From positions 3,424,001-3,488,000 of the forward strand of contig OY759353.1 in assembly GCA_963662315.1 (NCBI GenBank): a DNA stretch of 64,000 nucleotides, written 5' to 3'. Below, piece by piece: positions 40,630 to 51,049 of this stretch. The position numbers and the translations under genes were made by a program. The notes under the pieces are model-generated. The model ran no database searches. It was not told the origin of the DNA and was given only the letters and a program-made list of their open reading frames with translations. Position 1 is the stretch's first letter. Every line of letters starts with the position of its first letter. Source of the DNA: Geopsychrobacteraceae bacterium. GTDB lineage: Bacteria > Desulfobacterota > Desulfuromonadia > Desulfuromonadales > Geopsychrobacteraceae.

Positions 40630-41982
40630 ATGGGGCGTACAGAAGGTCAAGACACTCAACTTCGACAGATACTGAGCATGGGGAGCCAAACAAGTTCCTT
40701 CCTTCAACAGCGCCTTAACCTCAGTCAGTCTGCTATCTCACGGACAATCGAAAGACTTGCGCCCGACGTTATTCTTTTGGGGGCAGCCCGATCTGCCAGG
40801 TATGGCCTGCAGAGACAAACCCATCCGCAGCTTGAGACTGTAATTCCCCTTTACCAGGTAGATACAAACGGCGATGTGAGCCCTTACGGGAAACTTTTCA
40901 CTCTGGCAGCGAATGAATACGGCTTACAGCTCCATGAAAGCGCTAAAATCAATTTTCTTGACCATGTGCCCTATCCTATTCAAAACATGTATCCTGAAGG
41001 GTTTATGGGCCGCTCATTTGCGCATAGATATGCCAGAGAACTGGATCTGCCAAAGGACTTAAACGTATGGACTGACGTGCATGCATTGGTGGCTCTAACA
41101 TCCTGTGGTGAAGATATGCCAGGATGTTTGATAATCGGACAAGAATCACTTGAACGCTATTGGGAAGAGGTGGCAACTGATCCGACAATCCTGTCAGCTG
41201 AAGACAAGGGCAGAGCTTATAATGATTTAGCAATCATGGCAATTGAAGGGGAGGTGCCCGGATCATCTGCAGGTGGAGAACAGCCCAAATTTACGGCTAT
41301 TGTCGAGGGGCCAGATGGGCCGTATCGAGTTATTGTCAAATTTGCTTCAAGACATTCAGATGAAGGAAAAAGGTGGGCAGATCTATTAATTTGCGAAAAC
41401 ATTGCATCAGAAACCCTTACCAATAATGGGTTCAACAGTGCTGCCACCAGAATTTTACAAACTGAAAATTGGACTTTTCTGGAATCGGCAAGATTTGACA
41501 GAACAGGACTTTGGGGGCGGATTCCTCTGTTCTCAATGAAGACCCTGGAGGCGGAATTCATCGGTGGTTGTGGCACCTGGTCGGAATGCGCAGAGGAGTT
41601 CAATAGAAACGGGTATATATCCAATGAAGATAGGTCCCTTATTCAGCAGCTTGAGGGCTTTGGAGCTTTGATTGGAAATACCGATATGCATTTGGGCAAC
41701 TTGTCATTTTATTCAAATAATGGCGAGTTTGACTTGGCGCCGGTCTATGACATGACGTCCATGATTTACCGACCAAGGGCTGGTGGCATCATGTCTTCTG
41801 AACCCCTCAGTTTTAAAGGTCTGCCACTGGCCTCCTCTTCCAGAGAGATAAGAGCTCTTGCGCGAGAGTTTTGGGAACGTGCTGCCAATGACGAACGTTT
41901 GTCGGATGCCTTCCGAGAATTATGCAAGAAAAATTCAAAAACATTTGAAAGTTTCGAAAATCGGCCAGCTTTGAAAATGTAG
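40630..41982 (+). CDS. HipA-family kinase toxin, YjjJ-like, with N-terminal HTH
   Basis: LSQSAISRTI HTH, GSSAGGEQPKF, GNTDMHLGN and LAPVYDM motifs. Confidence 0.88.
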   Translation: MGRTEGQDTQLRQILSMGSQTSSFLQQRLNLSQSAISRTIERLAPDVILLGAARSARYGLQRQTHPQLETVIPLYQVDTNGDVSPYGKLFTLAANEYGLQLHESAKINFLDHVPYPIQNMYPEGFMGRSFAHRYARELDLPKDLNVWTDVHALVALTSCGEDMPGCLIIGQESLERYWEEVATDPTILSAEDKGRAYNDLAIMAIEGEVPGSSAGGEQPKFTAIVEGPDGPYRVIVKFASRHSDEGKRWADLLICENIASETLTNNGFNSAATRILQTENWTFLESARFDRTGLWGRIPLFSMKTLEAEFIGGCGTWSECAEEFNRNGYISNEDRSLIQQLEGFGALIGNTDMHLGNLSFYSNNGEFDLAPVYDMTSMIYRPRAGGIMSSEPLSFKGLPLASSSREIRALAREFWERAANDERLSDAFRELCKKNSKTFESFENRPALKM

Positions 41983-42163
41983 TATCAAAGCCCGGAGCAG
42001 TTCCGGGAAAAACATGTCACAAACTCGAAATTTCCAAGATTGGCTGGTCTGGATTCGGGGTAGAGGTCAAGTTTTTCTCAACGCTCCACTCAGTTCTTGC
42101 CAATTATGAACAAGCAGCAAAGCATGTTCTTAATGCTATCGGCAAAAATAAAGGGACAATAAG

Positions 42164-43372
42164 ATGGGAACTCTGCCTCAATTCACTCCGTTCATCCCTG
42201 GAAATACCTCAAGTCTTGAAGATTTGGCATTAGATATAGTTCAAAAATCTGCAGCATTAGGAGGCCGGCAACATAAGATAACTTTGCGCTCTCTTCGGGA
42301 TCTATTGAGAGTTATAAATAGCTATTATTCTAACCAGATAGAAGGGAATAACATACACCCTTTCGATATCGTACGAGCAATGAATAAAGATTACGACGTC
42401 GAACCCGCAAAGAGAAACTTGCAACAGGAAAGCGTTGCTCACATTGAAGTGCAAAAGAGAATGGAAGCAAGGCTTGAAAAGGAATCCGATCTCGTTGTGA
42501 CTTCTGCGGATTATCTTAAATTCTTGCACTACGAATTTTACAGTCTTACTCCAGATGAGTTCCGTGTCGTAACAGACCCCCAAACAGGAAAAAAGGATTA
42601 TGTCATACCTGGTGAATTTCGGCATAGCGAAGTTCAGGTCGGTAGACATATCCCACCCTGCCATAGTGATATTTCTCTTCTTATGGACAGATTTAATGAA
42701 GCTTACCTGCCAGCTCGGCATCACGGAGTTAAGAAATTGATTGCTGCAGCTGCAGCTCATCACCGGCTTATGTGGTTGCACCCGTTTTTAGATGGGAATG
42801 GTCGAGTTGCAAGGCTTTTTACCGAATCTTATTTGCTCAATATTCCGGTCGAGGGTTTTGGGATTTGGTCGGTAAGCCGCGGTCTTGCCAGAAAATCAAC
42901 CGAATATAAGGCAACTCTCAGCCACGCGGATGCACAAAGAAGAAATGATCTCGATGGGCGTGGGAATTTATCAGATGAAGGGTTAAGCCAATTTTGTCAT
43001 TTTTTCCTTAAAACATGCCTGGATCAAGTGGACTATATGAATGGTTTACTTCAGTTGGATGGCATGGTTGATAGGATTAAGGGATATATCGAGTTACGCA
43101 ACAAAAATATGGCTTTTGGACCATCCAACGTGGCCTCTCCTCTTAAAATGGAAGCAGCTAATATGCTCCAGGAGGTCCTTGTGCGGGGGGAAATTTCAAG
43201 AGGGGAGATATGTGCTGCCTCAGGTTTAAAGGAAAGAACGGCCCGTGAGCTCTTGGGGCAACTTATAGAAGAAAACCTACTTTTGACTAATTCTCCAAAA
43301 GGCCCAGTTCGTATGGGTTTCCCTGTCCATGTTGCAGGCTGGATTTTTCCAGAACTGTATCCCCGGCAATAG
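42164..43372 (+). CDS. Fic-family protein with N-terminal autoinhibitory motif and C-terminal wHTH
   Basis: Canonical HPFLDGNGRVAR and inhibitory SNQIEG motif. Confidence 0.92.
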   Translation: MGTLPQFTPFIPGNTSSLEDLALDIVQKSAALGGRQHKITLRSLRDLLRVINSYYSNQIEGNNIHPFDIVRAMNKDYDVEPAKRNLQQESVAHIEVQKRMEARLEKESDLVVTSADYLKFLHYEFYSLTPDEFRVVTDPQTGKKDYVIPGEFRHSEVQVGRHIPPCHSDISLLMDRFNEAYLPARHHGVKKLIAAAAAHHRLMWLHPFLDGNGRVARLFTESYLLNIPVEGFGIWSVSRGLARKSTEYKATLSHADAQRRNDLDGRGNLSDEGLSQFCHFFLKTCLDQVDYMNGLLQLDGMVDRIKGYIELRNKNMAFGPSNVASPLKMEAANMLQEVLVRGEISRGEICAASGLKERTARELLGQLIEENLLLTNSPKGPVRMGFPVHVAGWIFPELYPRQ

Positions 43373-43644
43373 CGAAAAGTCTCGATATGAGGATAACCCC
43401 GATTCAGCACCAGGAGTTGGCTGCATAATTTCTACTTCTGAACCCTGTTAAGAATGGGGGGAATACCCTTCAAGCTCTAATGTTGTGTTCCGCAACCGCT
43501 TTGAAGATTTATAATTGTTGGTTGTTGTATGGGGAATTTAGTCCTATTCTGTCAACGTGATTGATATTTAATTTAGAAAATTTTGAACTCTACCGGATGA
43601 AGTTGATACTTTTGCGGATAGTTAAACTGGAAAGATCTGAATCT

Positions 43645-43677
43645 GGCCTAATCTGATATTGATTTTCAGATTAGGCC
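43645..43677. terminator. Hairpin between convergent fic and S8 peptidase genes
   Basis: GGCCTAATCTGA-N9-TCAGATTAGGCC perfect 12-bp stem. Confidence 0.6.
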
Positions 43678-43749
43678 GGAAGACATTATGGAGATTGGCT
43701 GTTTGGTATGTTTTGCTGACTTCAACGGCATGTATCCTAGGAAGAGACT

Positions 43750-46233
43750 TTAGGTCAAGATTTCAACGACAGGGCTAATCGCCGCTGCTACTGGGTTGTA
43801 AATATCCATTTCGATGTCAGGCGTTTTGATCGTTACTACTAAAGAATAACGAGCCATTTTTTCCAACCGTCCAAGTTGATGACGTTCCCGCCACCAGCCA
43901 ATTACCGGATACACACCAATAAATCCACGTTCCGCCAGGTCTGCGGCTGTTCCTGTCCATCGATCACTGTGGATTGACCCAAGGCTTCTGATACCGGGGC
44001 CAAATTGCCAGTCTGAGGAATCACTGGATGTCGAGTTTCCGAGCTCTTCATCTCTGGCCGCTTGGTTGATTCTGGCCCTAAATTGGTCGAGAGTTTCTGT
44101 CGGCCTTTTAACCTCGAAGCGAAGCCCATGTGACATGTAGCGATGTTTTTTAGTCCAGCCACGGCGGGCAGGGTTTGGTTCTATGAAATATGAGAGAGTC
44201 ACTTTCATTTCTACGGATGTTTCCCCAAGCTTCTGTAAAACATCTTGAGGCCAGGGAATCGCATGGATATGCATGTCTTTGGTTTTAATTTTCCCTTCAA
44301 TTTTAGCGTAAGGTTGTAGTGCTTCCTGAGCGATAAGTGTCAACGAATTTTGAGCACTCCAAAGAAGGGGCTGCAGTCTTGGGACGCCAAAACCGAAACA
44401 TCGCAAAAGATACTCTGCTGCCTTTCTTGGGGACAGTCCAGCGGCTTGGACGCGTTGGTGCATTTCGGGGGTCCATTCCGCTGAATGAACCAGAAGTGCT
44501 CGCAATGTTTCCGGCCAGAATTCCGGGTACTGGCTTTGTAGAAGTGCAGACATATGTGAGGCAAGAGCTGTTGCGGCACTGGTTTCTCTGCTGGTGATGA
44601 GAAGCGTGTCTGTCGGACGGTAGTATGTTGACAGCAACTCCAGACTATCAACAAAGTCGGCAGTTCCTGTGCCGGGGTCAAGCCCCATGTTGCCACCCTC
44701 AACGACAATTTCTGGTTTTATCGGCCAGGGACGTTCCCAGATTACAGAGGTTGTACTTGAGGGGCTGAGGTCGCCTGGTGGGGCAATGGGAGTCCACCCG
44801 GGAAACTCGTTTTCGTCAATGGTTTGCTTTTCAGTATATGCGCCGACGGTTACGGCATTCCAAGATTGACCCGGGTCGTGGATGGCATCTGTAATATTGC
44901 TATCTGGGTATAAATGCCTATCGCTCAGGTCTGTGTTCCCGGCTGAAATGATCACCAACCGCTGCGTTTCATCGAAAGATCCAGAAGTGAGGGAATCGAT
45001 TGATGCAGACCATTCTGACGGTTGCCCTCGATCTCGAAAGTCTGTTGTTGTTACGGCCATAGATATGACGCGTTTGCGCTCGGGGGCCTGGATTTCTGCT
45101 CGGGCAATCCCTTCTCTGGTAATGGCTCCATAAAGATGCGCAGGATTCTGCCCATGGCCTCTTGGTGGAAGAATTTTAACGGATTCCAGTCGATGGCGGA
45201 GGGTTATGGGGGACGGACTTGCCAGTATGTCCATGAGGTCCCCATAAAGTGCTAAGCCAGCCATTTCGGTTCCGTGTCCGTCGTGATCTGAGGGCCCCCA
45301 GGCGGGATGGTAAGAGTGAAGATCCTCTACAGCAAGGGCAGGCGCAATGAGAGGATGTTGTTGGGTGATGCCAGTATCAAGAATGCACACAGCGGGAGCA
45401 TGTTCCGCTGGAGGCGAAAGCGTTTCGAGGGTAGCATTTACCCATTCTGATTGCTGGACTGGGGGCATTCCTGAAAAAAAGTCCGCAGTTTCCTTGGCTT
45501 TTCTGAGCTCAGCAACGCAATCAAGTAATGATATCGATCTCGCCATCTGTGACTTTGTGCCTTGAGCGAGAACGACAGTGCGGTCTGGGAATTTTGATAT
45601 CTCGGCACTGACTGTCAGGCCAATACGAGCGGCATGTGTTGAAAAGAAATCGAGGATACTGCTTCGATCCTCGTCAGAGCGAAGCCAAACTTCCCATGTT
45701 ATGGGATCATTTTCTGTTGGTAGCATTTCATAACTGTCAGTCCATAAGGCATCCAGTACCGCCAGATGAATATCTGATATGCCATCAACCAGATCTTTGT
45801 TCTTGGGCTTCCCTTTTTCAGTCGTCTTGTCGCGATAGGCGGTAAGTATTTTTTCAAAATGTGTCAATTTTCCTTCTGGAACAAATACCGTTGCAAGCGT
45901 TTTTTCGTCAATTTTTTTGCTGCTAAGCAGCTCAATCCCTTGGGGTGCATTTTCTAGGCTTTCAAATTTGAGGTCAAAATCCGGATCGCTTTCAAATTCC
46001 AGATAGATGCCCGTTTGGGCATCTATCCCAAAAGCAGATCTCTCTTGTTTGAGGGCTTCTGCGTCTTCCTTTACCTGATCGAGTTTTTCAAAAAGGTCTT
46101 GAGCGTGTTGCTGTCTGTTGCGGTCAGGGAGGCGGAGACTTTTTCCTCTTGCAGGTTTAGGCGTGGTATATGGTTCCGTAGTGGCTGTTTTGGAAACCAA
46201 TAAATGTGGTAGTCCCTCTCCAATTTCCGACAT
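43750..46233 (-). CDS. S8 subtilisin-like peptidase (IetS-like)
   Basis: ILDTG (Asp), HDGHGTEMAG (His), SAGN, ETSAAT (Ser) and WPETLRALLVHSA; no signal peptide; follows an AAA ATPase gene. Confidence 0.9.
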   Translation of the reverse strand: MSEIGEGLPHLLVSKTATTEPYTTPKPARGKSLRLPDRNRQQHAQDLFEKLDQVKEDAEALKQERSAFGIDAQTGIYLEFESDPDFDLKFESLENAPQGIELLSSKKIDEKTLATVFVPEGKLTHFEKILTAYRDKTTEKGKPKNKDLVDGISDIHLAVLDALWTDSYEMLPTENDPITWEVWLRSDEDRSSILDFFSTHAARIGLTVSAEISKFPDRTVVLAQGTKSQMARSISLLDCVAELRKAKETADFFSGMPPVQQSEWVNATLETLSPPAEHAPAVCILDTGITQQHPLIAPALAVEDLHSYHPAWGPSDHDGHGTEMAGLALYGDLMDILASPSPITLRHRLESVKILPPRGHGQNPAHLYGAITREGIARAEIQAPERKRVISMAVTTTDFRDRGQPSEWSASIDSLTSGSFDETQRLVIISAGNTDLSDRHLYPDSNITDAIHDPGQSWNAVTVGAYTEKQTIDENEFPGWTPIAPPGDLSPSSTTSVIWERPWPIKPEIVVEGGNMGLDPGTGTADFVDSLELLSTYYRPTDTLLITSRETSAATALASHMSALLQSQYPEFWPETLRALLVHSAEWTPEMHQRVQAAGLSPRKAAEYLLRCFGFGVPRLQPLLWSAQNSLTLIAQEALQPYAKIEGKIKTKDMHIHAIPWPQDVLQKLGETSVEMKVTLSYFIEPNPARRGWTKKHRYMSHGLRFEVKRPTETLDQFRARINQAARDEELGNSTSSDSSDWQFGPGIRSLGSIHSDRWTGTAADLAERGFIGVYPVIGWWRERHQLGRLEKMARYSLVVTIKTPDIEMDIYNPVAAAISPVVEILT

Positions 46234-46262
46234 TATATTAAATCCTTCTCTGGTTTTAGATG

Positions 46263-47240
46263 TTATCTACGAAAGGATAGCCGTTCTTGAAGCGGTTTTA
46301 GTAAATCATTTGTAGATATCGCTAAGCGGTCATGGATTATTGCATCCTTGATGGCATCTTCACAGGCTTTGGTGATATCTCCGTAGCTAAGTCCTTCGGC
46401 ACTCTCTGCGAGAATTTTCCAATCAATATTTTCTTTTTTAAAGTTAGATAATTTATTGATGATAGTTTGCTCTATCAGTTCTCTAGGAGGAATCTCAAAT
46501 TCGATAACATCATCAAAACGCCGAAAGAGAGCATGGTCTAGAATTTCAGGATGATTGGTTGCTGCCAAAATAAGGCTGTCCGAATCATCCTGTTCTATCA
46601 GTTGAAGGAAACTATTCAAAATTCGTCTAATTTCTCCGACATCATTAAGCAGGCCTCTTTGTGAGCCAATAGCATCAAATTCATCAAATAGGTAGACTCC
46701 TCGGGTTTGGGCAAGTGCATCAAAAATCAGCCGTAGCTTGGCCGCCGTTTCACCCATATATTTCGTCATCAGGCTATCAAGGCGAACAGTGAAGAGAGGT
46801 AAACCAAGCTCTCCAGCTAAAACAGAAGCCGACATCGTTTTTCCTGTGCCAGGAAGTCCTTCGAGGAGAAGCTTTTTTCTTGGAGTCAGGCCATAGGATC
46901 TAATTTTTTTTATTTGTCTCTGCTCTTTAATCAGTCTTTTTAGGCGACTGGAGATGTTCTCGTGAAGAACCATATCCGAAAGTCGGAGTTTAGGATAAGA
47001 GACTGAAAGTAAGGTGGAGAGTTCTCCACGAGGGGCAGTAATTGGTATGGGCTGTGCTGCAGCTTTGGCTACACTTTTTGACTTGGCTTCGTCAATGAGG
47101 GCCCTTAATTCTTGAGCAAGTCTGCCGTGGCCTCTTTTTGCTTCGGCTGCTGCTACTTGCATTGCAACTGCAAAAAAATGAGAATCGTCGCCATCAATAT
47201 GTGATTTAAGTAAAGCTTTTAATTGATCTGCTTTTGCCAT
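46263..47240 (-). CDS. AAA ATPase (IetA-like)
   Basis: Walker A GLPGTGKT, KYMGET, Walker B LFDEFDA and AATNHPEILDHALFRRFD. Confidence 0.9.
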   Translation of the reverse strand: MAKADQLKALLKSHIDGDDSHFFAVAMQVAAAEAKRGHGRLAQELRALIDEAKSKSVAKAAAQPIPITAPRGELSTLLSVSYPKLRLSDMVLHENISSRLKRLIKEQRQIKKIRSYGLTPRKKLLLEGLPGTGKTMSASVLAGELGLPLFTVRLDSLMTKYMGETAAKLRLIFDALAQTRGVYLFDEFDAIGSQRGLLNDVGEIRRILNSFLQLIEQDDSDSLILAATNHPEILDHALFRRFDDVIEFEIPPRELIEQTIINKLSNFKKENIDWKILAESAEGLSYGDITKACEDAIKDAIIHDRLAISTNDLLKPLQERLSFRR

Positions 47241-47413
47241 AATTTTTTCTTTCGAAAAACAGTATGAGCATTTGTAAATATCCATTTGCTCTATATTATA
47301 ACTGTTTTATCATTTATTTCAGGATAGGTGTAACCCCAAAATACAGGTTTGTGACGTAATATTACACGGTTCGGGACTGTAATTCACCTTTCTATTTGAA
47401 GAATCAGAGCATT

Positions 47414-48378
47414 TTACCCAAGCTTTCGGGCCAAGTCTTCAGCTTTCAAATGTGTATACCTTTTCAGCATTTGCAGAGTCTTGTGGCCAGTAATGCTGGC
47501 AACTTCCATAGGGTTTAGTCCCTTTTCAAAAAGTAGAGAGCAAGCTTTATGGCGCAGGTCATGCCACCGAAGATCCTCAATTTTTAATTTTTCACAAGCC
47601 TCCCGAAACGATTTGCTGACATGAGCGCCGCTGACCCCAAAAACTTTACCATCAATACGGCGTGGTAGTTTATTAAGTACGTTTACCGCTTTAGATGAAA
47701 GGGGGACGTTCCGGGGTTCGCTGTTTTTGGTTCCTGGTAGATGGGCTACCCGGCGAATCAGGTTTATGTCTTTCCATTCCAATGAAAGAAGTTCGCCTTG
47801 CCTCATGGCTGTTTCCAGTGCAATTTGAAAAAGAGGTTTCAGGGTGATTCCGAGTGAGGCTAACAGAAGTTCTTCCTCACCTGGTTGTAGCCGTCGATCA
47901 CGTCCTTTCGGCATTTTTGGGCGTGAAATTTTAGCTATTGGGTTGTCTAGAGATTCCATTCCCCATTCCTTGTGAGCCACATTGAATAAATTAGAAAGAA
48001 GCATCAGCTCATTATTAACTGTATAGGGAATCTTCCCTTCTTCAAGGCGTTGATCACGGTATTTCGCAATATCGGTGCTACGGATAGTGGAAAGAAACCG
48101 ACTGGCTAAATCTGAACGCTTAAAAAGATTAATCCGATTAGCTTCTTGTGCTGCACCTTTTTTATGTGGAGTTTTCAGCGATCCAACGCCTCATCCAGTG
48201 TGGTGTTTTCAGCTTCTTTTCTCGAAACGAAAATACCATCATCCATTTCTGTTTCGATTTTACGAGCCCAGCGAGCAGCATCCTCATAGGTTTCGAAAGT
48301 TTTCGTCTGTTTCGGCCATCCTCTGCGTCTGATTTTAACTTGTCACTGATAAGGTCCACGCTTGTTGATTGATGCCAA
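47414..48378 (-). pseudogene. Tyrosine integrase pseudogene
   Basis: The C-terminal catalytic part (TAMRQGEL, HDLRH, GHKTLQMLKRY) is open. The N-terminus from TTG 48378 (ASINKRGPYQ*QVKIRRRG...) has an in-frame TGA and frameshifts near 48160-48180. Confidence 0.85.
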
Positions 48379-48446
48379 AATCCCCCCCCCCGAAAAACTG
48401 CGAGTGTCACAACAATGACATTGAAGGGTGTTTTTTGCTAGTAGGA

Positions 48447-48489
48447 AAAACAAAAGGTTACAGTGTTTATCACTGTAACCTTTTGTTTT
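48447..48489 (-). terminator. Terminator downstream of tRNA-Sec
   Basis: AAAACAAAAGGTTACAGTG-TTTAT-CACTGTAACCTTTTGTTTT, 19-bp inverted repeat. Confidence 0.8.
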
Positions 48490-48497
48490 CATTGAAT

Positions 48498-48593
48498 TGG
48501 CGGAGGTAGATGAGAATCGAACTCACCAGGGACGGGATACGCCCCCCATCGGTTTTGAAGACCGTGAGCCTCACCAGAGAACTGACTACCTCC
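48498..48593 (-). tRNA. selC: tRNA-Sec (anticodon UCA)
   Basis: 96 nt; 8-bp acceptor stem GGAGGTAG/CTACCTCC plus GCCA, anticodon loop CTTCAAA, long variable arm and T-loop TTCGATT. Confidence 0.95.
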
Positions 48594-48694
48594 GTATTTA
48601 TTGCAATATTTGGATTCTACGGACATCTTATGATTTTCTCAATAACGAAAATATCTTCCATCTGTTTTATCCATAAAGTCCGTATGTTTTGGTT

Positions 48695-49888
48695 TCATAG
48701 CAGCTGTACGTCAATAACTTCGTCACTGGCAAAGGAATCCTTGCCTGCAGGCAATATGGCATAGCCATTGGCTGCGGCCAGAGTGCTGAGGGCTCCGGTA
48801 TTTTGGTCTCCAGCACTGGCCGCACAGAGTTCACCCTGCTCATTATGGGTGATGCTCAGTCGGACAACCTGGTTTATCCCGGTTTTTTTCTTCAGGGGTT
48901 CTGTCAGTTTAGCGCGATAAGTTGGCCGATAGATGTCCTTGTGCCCCATCATTTTCAGGAGTGCCGGCCTGGCCAGCAGCTCAAATAATGTCATGGTGGC
49001 AACCGGGTTACCCGGCAGAGCAAACACCGGAACCTTGTTGCACAGGCCGAAAGCGGTCGGTTTGCCCGGACGCAGGTCGACTTTCCAGAAGACTTCGCGG
49101 TAGCCCTTTTCTTCAAGAATTTCACGGACCAGATCACGATCACCGGCCGATACCCCGGCCGATGTAATCAGTACATCGAAGTGGAGCCCATCGCTGATTC
49201 GTTCGCGTAACCTCTCTTTATTATCCTGAGCAATGCCAAGTAAAATGGGAATGGCATTAATCTCCTTCAGTGCTGCAGCCAACCCCGGTGAATTACTGTT
49301 CACCACCCCTCCAGGGAGTAGCGGCTCACCAATTTCCTGTAATTCATCTCCGGTAGCCAGGATGGCAACGCGCAGCTGGCGTGTTACCGGAACATGAGTA
49401 AATTGAAGAGCGGCAAGCAGGTTGATCAAACCTGGAGTTAGCTTGGTGCCAGCTGTCACCAGGGTCTGCCCATAGCCGACATCTTCTCCGGCGTGACGGA
49501 TATTTGCCCCCAGCGCAACAGGTTTGATGATGGTGACCTCTTGCTCATCATAGGCACAATTTTCAATCGGGATAATCGTATCGGCTCCGTGTGGTACCGG
49601 TGCTCCGGTCATGATTTTACACATGGTGCCAGGAGTTAACCTGATATCTGTTGAGCTGCCTGCTGGAATAAAGCCCCTAATCGGTAATGTTTTGGTCTCT
49701 TCTGTGTCTTTAAACGCAAAAGCGAAGCCATCCATGGCTGAATTATCAAATGAAGGTAGCTGATGTTGTGCATGTAAATCTTCTATAACCGCCCGGCCAA
49801 CAGCTTCATTCAGTGCTAGCAGCTGTTTCGGAAGTGCAGATACATGTGCAAGCACCTGTTCGCGGGCCTGTTGTAAGGATATGGCCAT
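48695..49888 (-). CDS. moeA: Molybdopterin molybdotransferase
   Basis: SAMDGFA, IMTGAPVP, TGDEL, RPGKP and LPGNP motifs. Confidence 0.95.
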   Translation of the reverse strand: MAISLQQAREQVLAHVSALPKQLLALNEAVGRAVIEDLHAQHQLPSFDNSAMDGFAFAFKDTEETKTLPIRGFIPAGSSTDIRLTPGTMCKIMTGAPVPHGADTIIPIENCAYDEQEVTIIKPVALGANIRHAGEDVGYGQTLVTAGTKLTPGLINLLAALQFTHVPVTRQLRVAILATGDELQEIGEPLLPGGVVNSNSPGLAAALKEINAIPILLGIAQDNKERLRERISDGLHFDVLITSAGVSAGDRDLVREILEEKGYREVFWKVDLRPGKPTAFGLCNKVPVFALPGNPVATMTLFELLARPALLKMMGHKDIYRPTYRAKLTEPLKKKTGINQVVRLSITHNEQGELCAASAGDQNTGALSTLAAANGYAILPAGKDSFASDEVIDVQLL

Positions 49889-50013
49889 AAATACTCCTGA
49901 TGTCTGGTTATTGCTGCCAATCTAGCAGATTGTTATAGCCGTTTGCCAGTCAATATGGTCGGAATATTATGAGGGGAAAGAAGCAGGGGTATGGAAGGCT
50001 TAAGGGGTAATGA

Positions 50014-50055
50014 CTCTGCCTTCAGGTCACTCTAAGAGAGTGCCTGAAGGCAGAG
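50014..50055 (-). terminator. Long hairpin between MOSC and moeA
   Basis: CTCTGCCTTCAGG(T)CACTCT...AGAGTGCCTGAAGGCAGAG; no clear U-tract. Confidence 0.5.
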
Positions 50056-50064
50056 CGTGAATTA

Positions 50065-50499
50065 TCAGTTCATTATTGCTACTGCATCCCCCGGTTTCAG
50101 AATGCCCTCTTTGATTACCTTGGCAAAAACTCCTTCTTTCGGCATGACACAATCTCCCGCCTGGTAAAAGATGGCGCAGCGATTATGGCATTCTTTACCA
50201 ATCTGAGTGATTTCAAGAAGCGACTCGCCGATCTGCAATCTGGTCCCTATCGGCAACTTAGGCAGCTCAATCCCTTCGGTCGTCAGATTCTCGGCAAAAT
50301 CACCGTTATCAACGTCAAGTCCCAGGGCGCGCATTTTGTCGATACTCTCTTTGGCGAGCAGACTGACCTGCCGGTGCCAGTTGCCGGCGTGGGCGTCCCC
50401 GACAATGCCATGATTCAGGCGTAATTCAACCTGGGCAACCGGAGTTTTACGTTCTCCTTTGTTTTTACTGATACATACAGCGAGTAGTTGTTGTGGCAT
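50065..50499 (-). CDS. MOSC-domain protein
   Basis: GIVGDAHAG, HRQVSLL, FAENL, TQIGKECH and CVMPKEGVF motifs. Confidence 0.9.
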   Translation of the reverse strand: MPQQLLAVCISKNKGERKTPVAQVELRLNHGIVGDAHAGNWHRQVSLLAKESIDKMRALGLDVDNGDFAENLTTEGIELPKLPIGTRLQIGESLLEITQIGKECHNRCAIFYQAGDCVMPKEGVFAKVIKEGILKPGDAVAIMN

Positions 50500-51049
50500 A
50501 TCTAATTCCTCCTGTGTTTGTAATTTTGAAAATGTCAAAGCACCAACATGAAACCAGATGTAGAATATTGTAGTATCGAACTCAATAAAGCTAAAGAAAA
50601 TTGTTTATATAAATTGTAGGGTAATTAAAAATCTTTCTGTACGGTTGGTCTTATTGTGCGATCGACCATTTAGAGTCGTACTTTTTATGTAAATAAATAT
50701 TCCAAAAGTAATGGACAATCTTTTCTGTTAAAAAATCCGATACGGTCGGTGAAGAGTTATTAGCTTTTTCAATAAACATCAGCGCCAAGTGTGACATTTC
50801 TGGTCCTGATCCTGGTTATCATAAAGCAGTTAAGTCTCTGTAATAAAACAAATATCATCAACATAAGAAACTCTTATGAGGGTATGAGTAATTCAAATAA
50901 TCTGTATTTCTGAATATATTGGTAAAAAACTATTGTATTGAAATGAATCCAATGATAGAGAGAAAACAATATTTGAATATTTATATCAAGAAGAGTATGT
51001 GAATGCACCAGGGAGGTGTAGACAATTTTCCTAGCAAAGGAGTTGGACG

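Noticed and set aside
40170..40630. Second att site (duplicated selC 3' end) marking the island's left border
   Set aside because: No convincing copy of the tRNA 3' end was found by eye. The ATCTACC repeats are short and in the wrong orientation, so the border is undefined.
48340..48350. In-frame TGA in the integrase next to tRNA-Sec as a possible selenocysteine codon
   Set aside because: The context (YQ*QVKIRRRG) fits a Trp TGG-to-TGA mutation, and the gene has further frameshifts, so it is a pseudogene.
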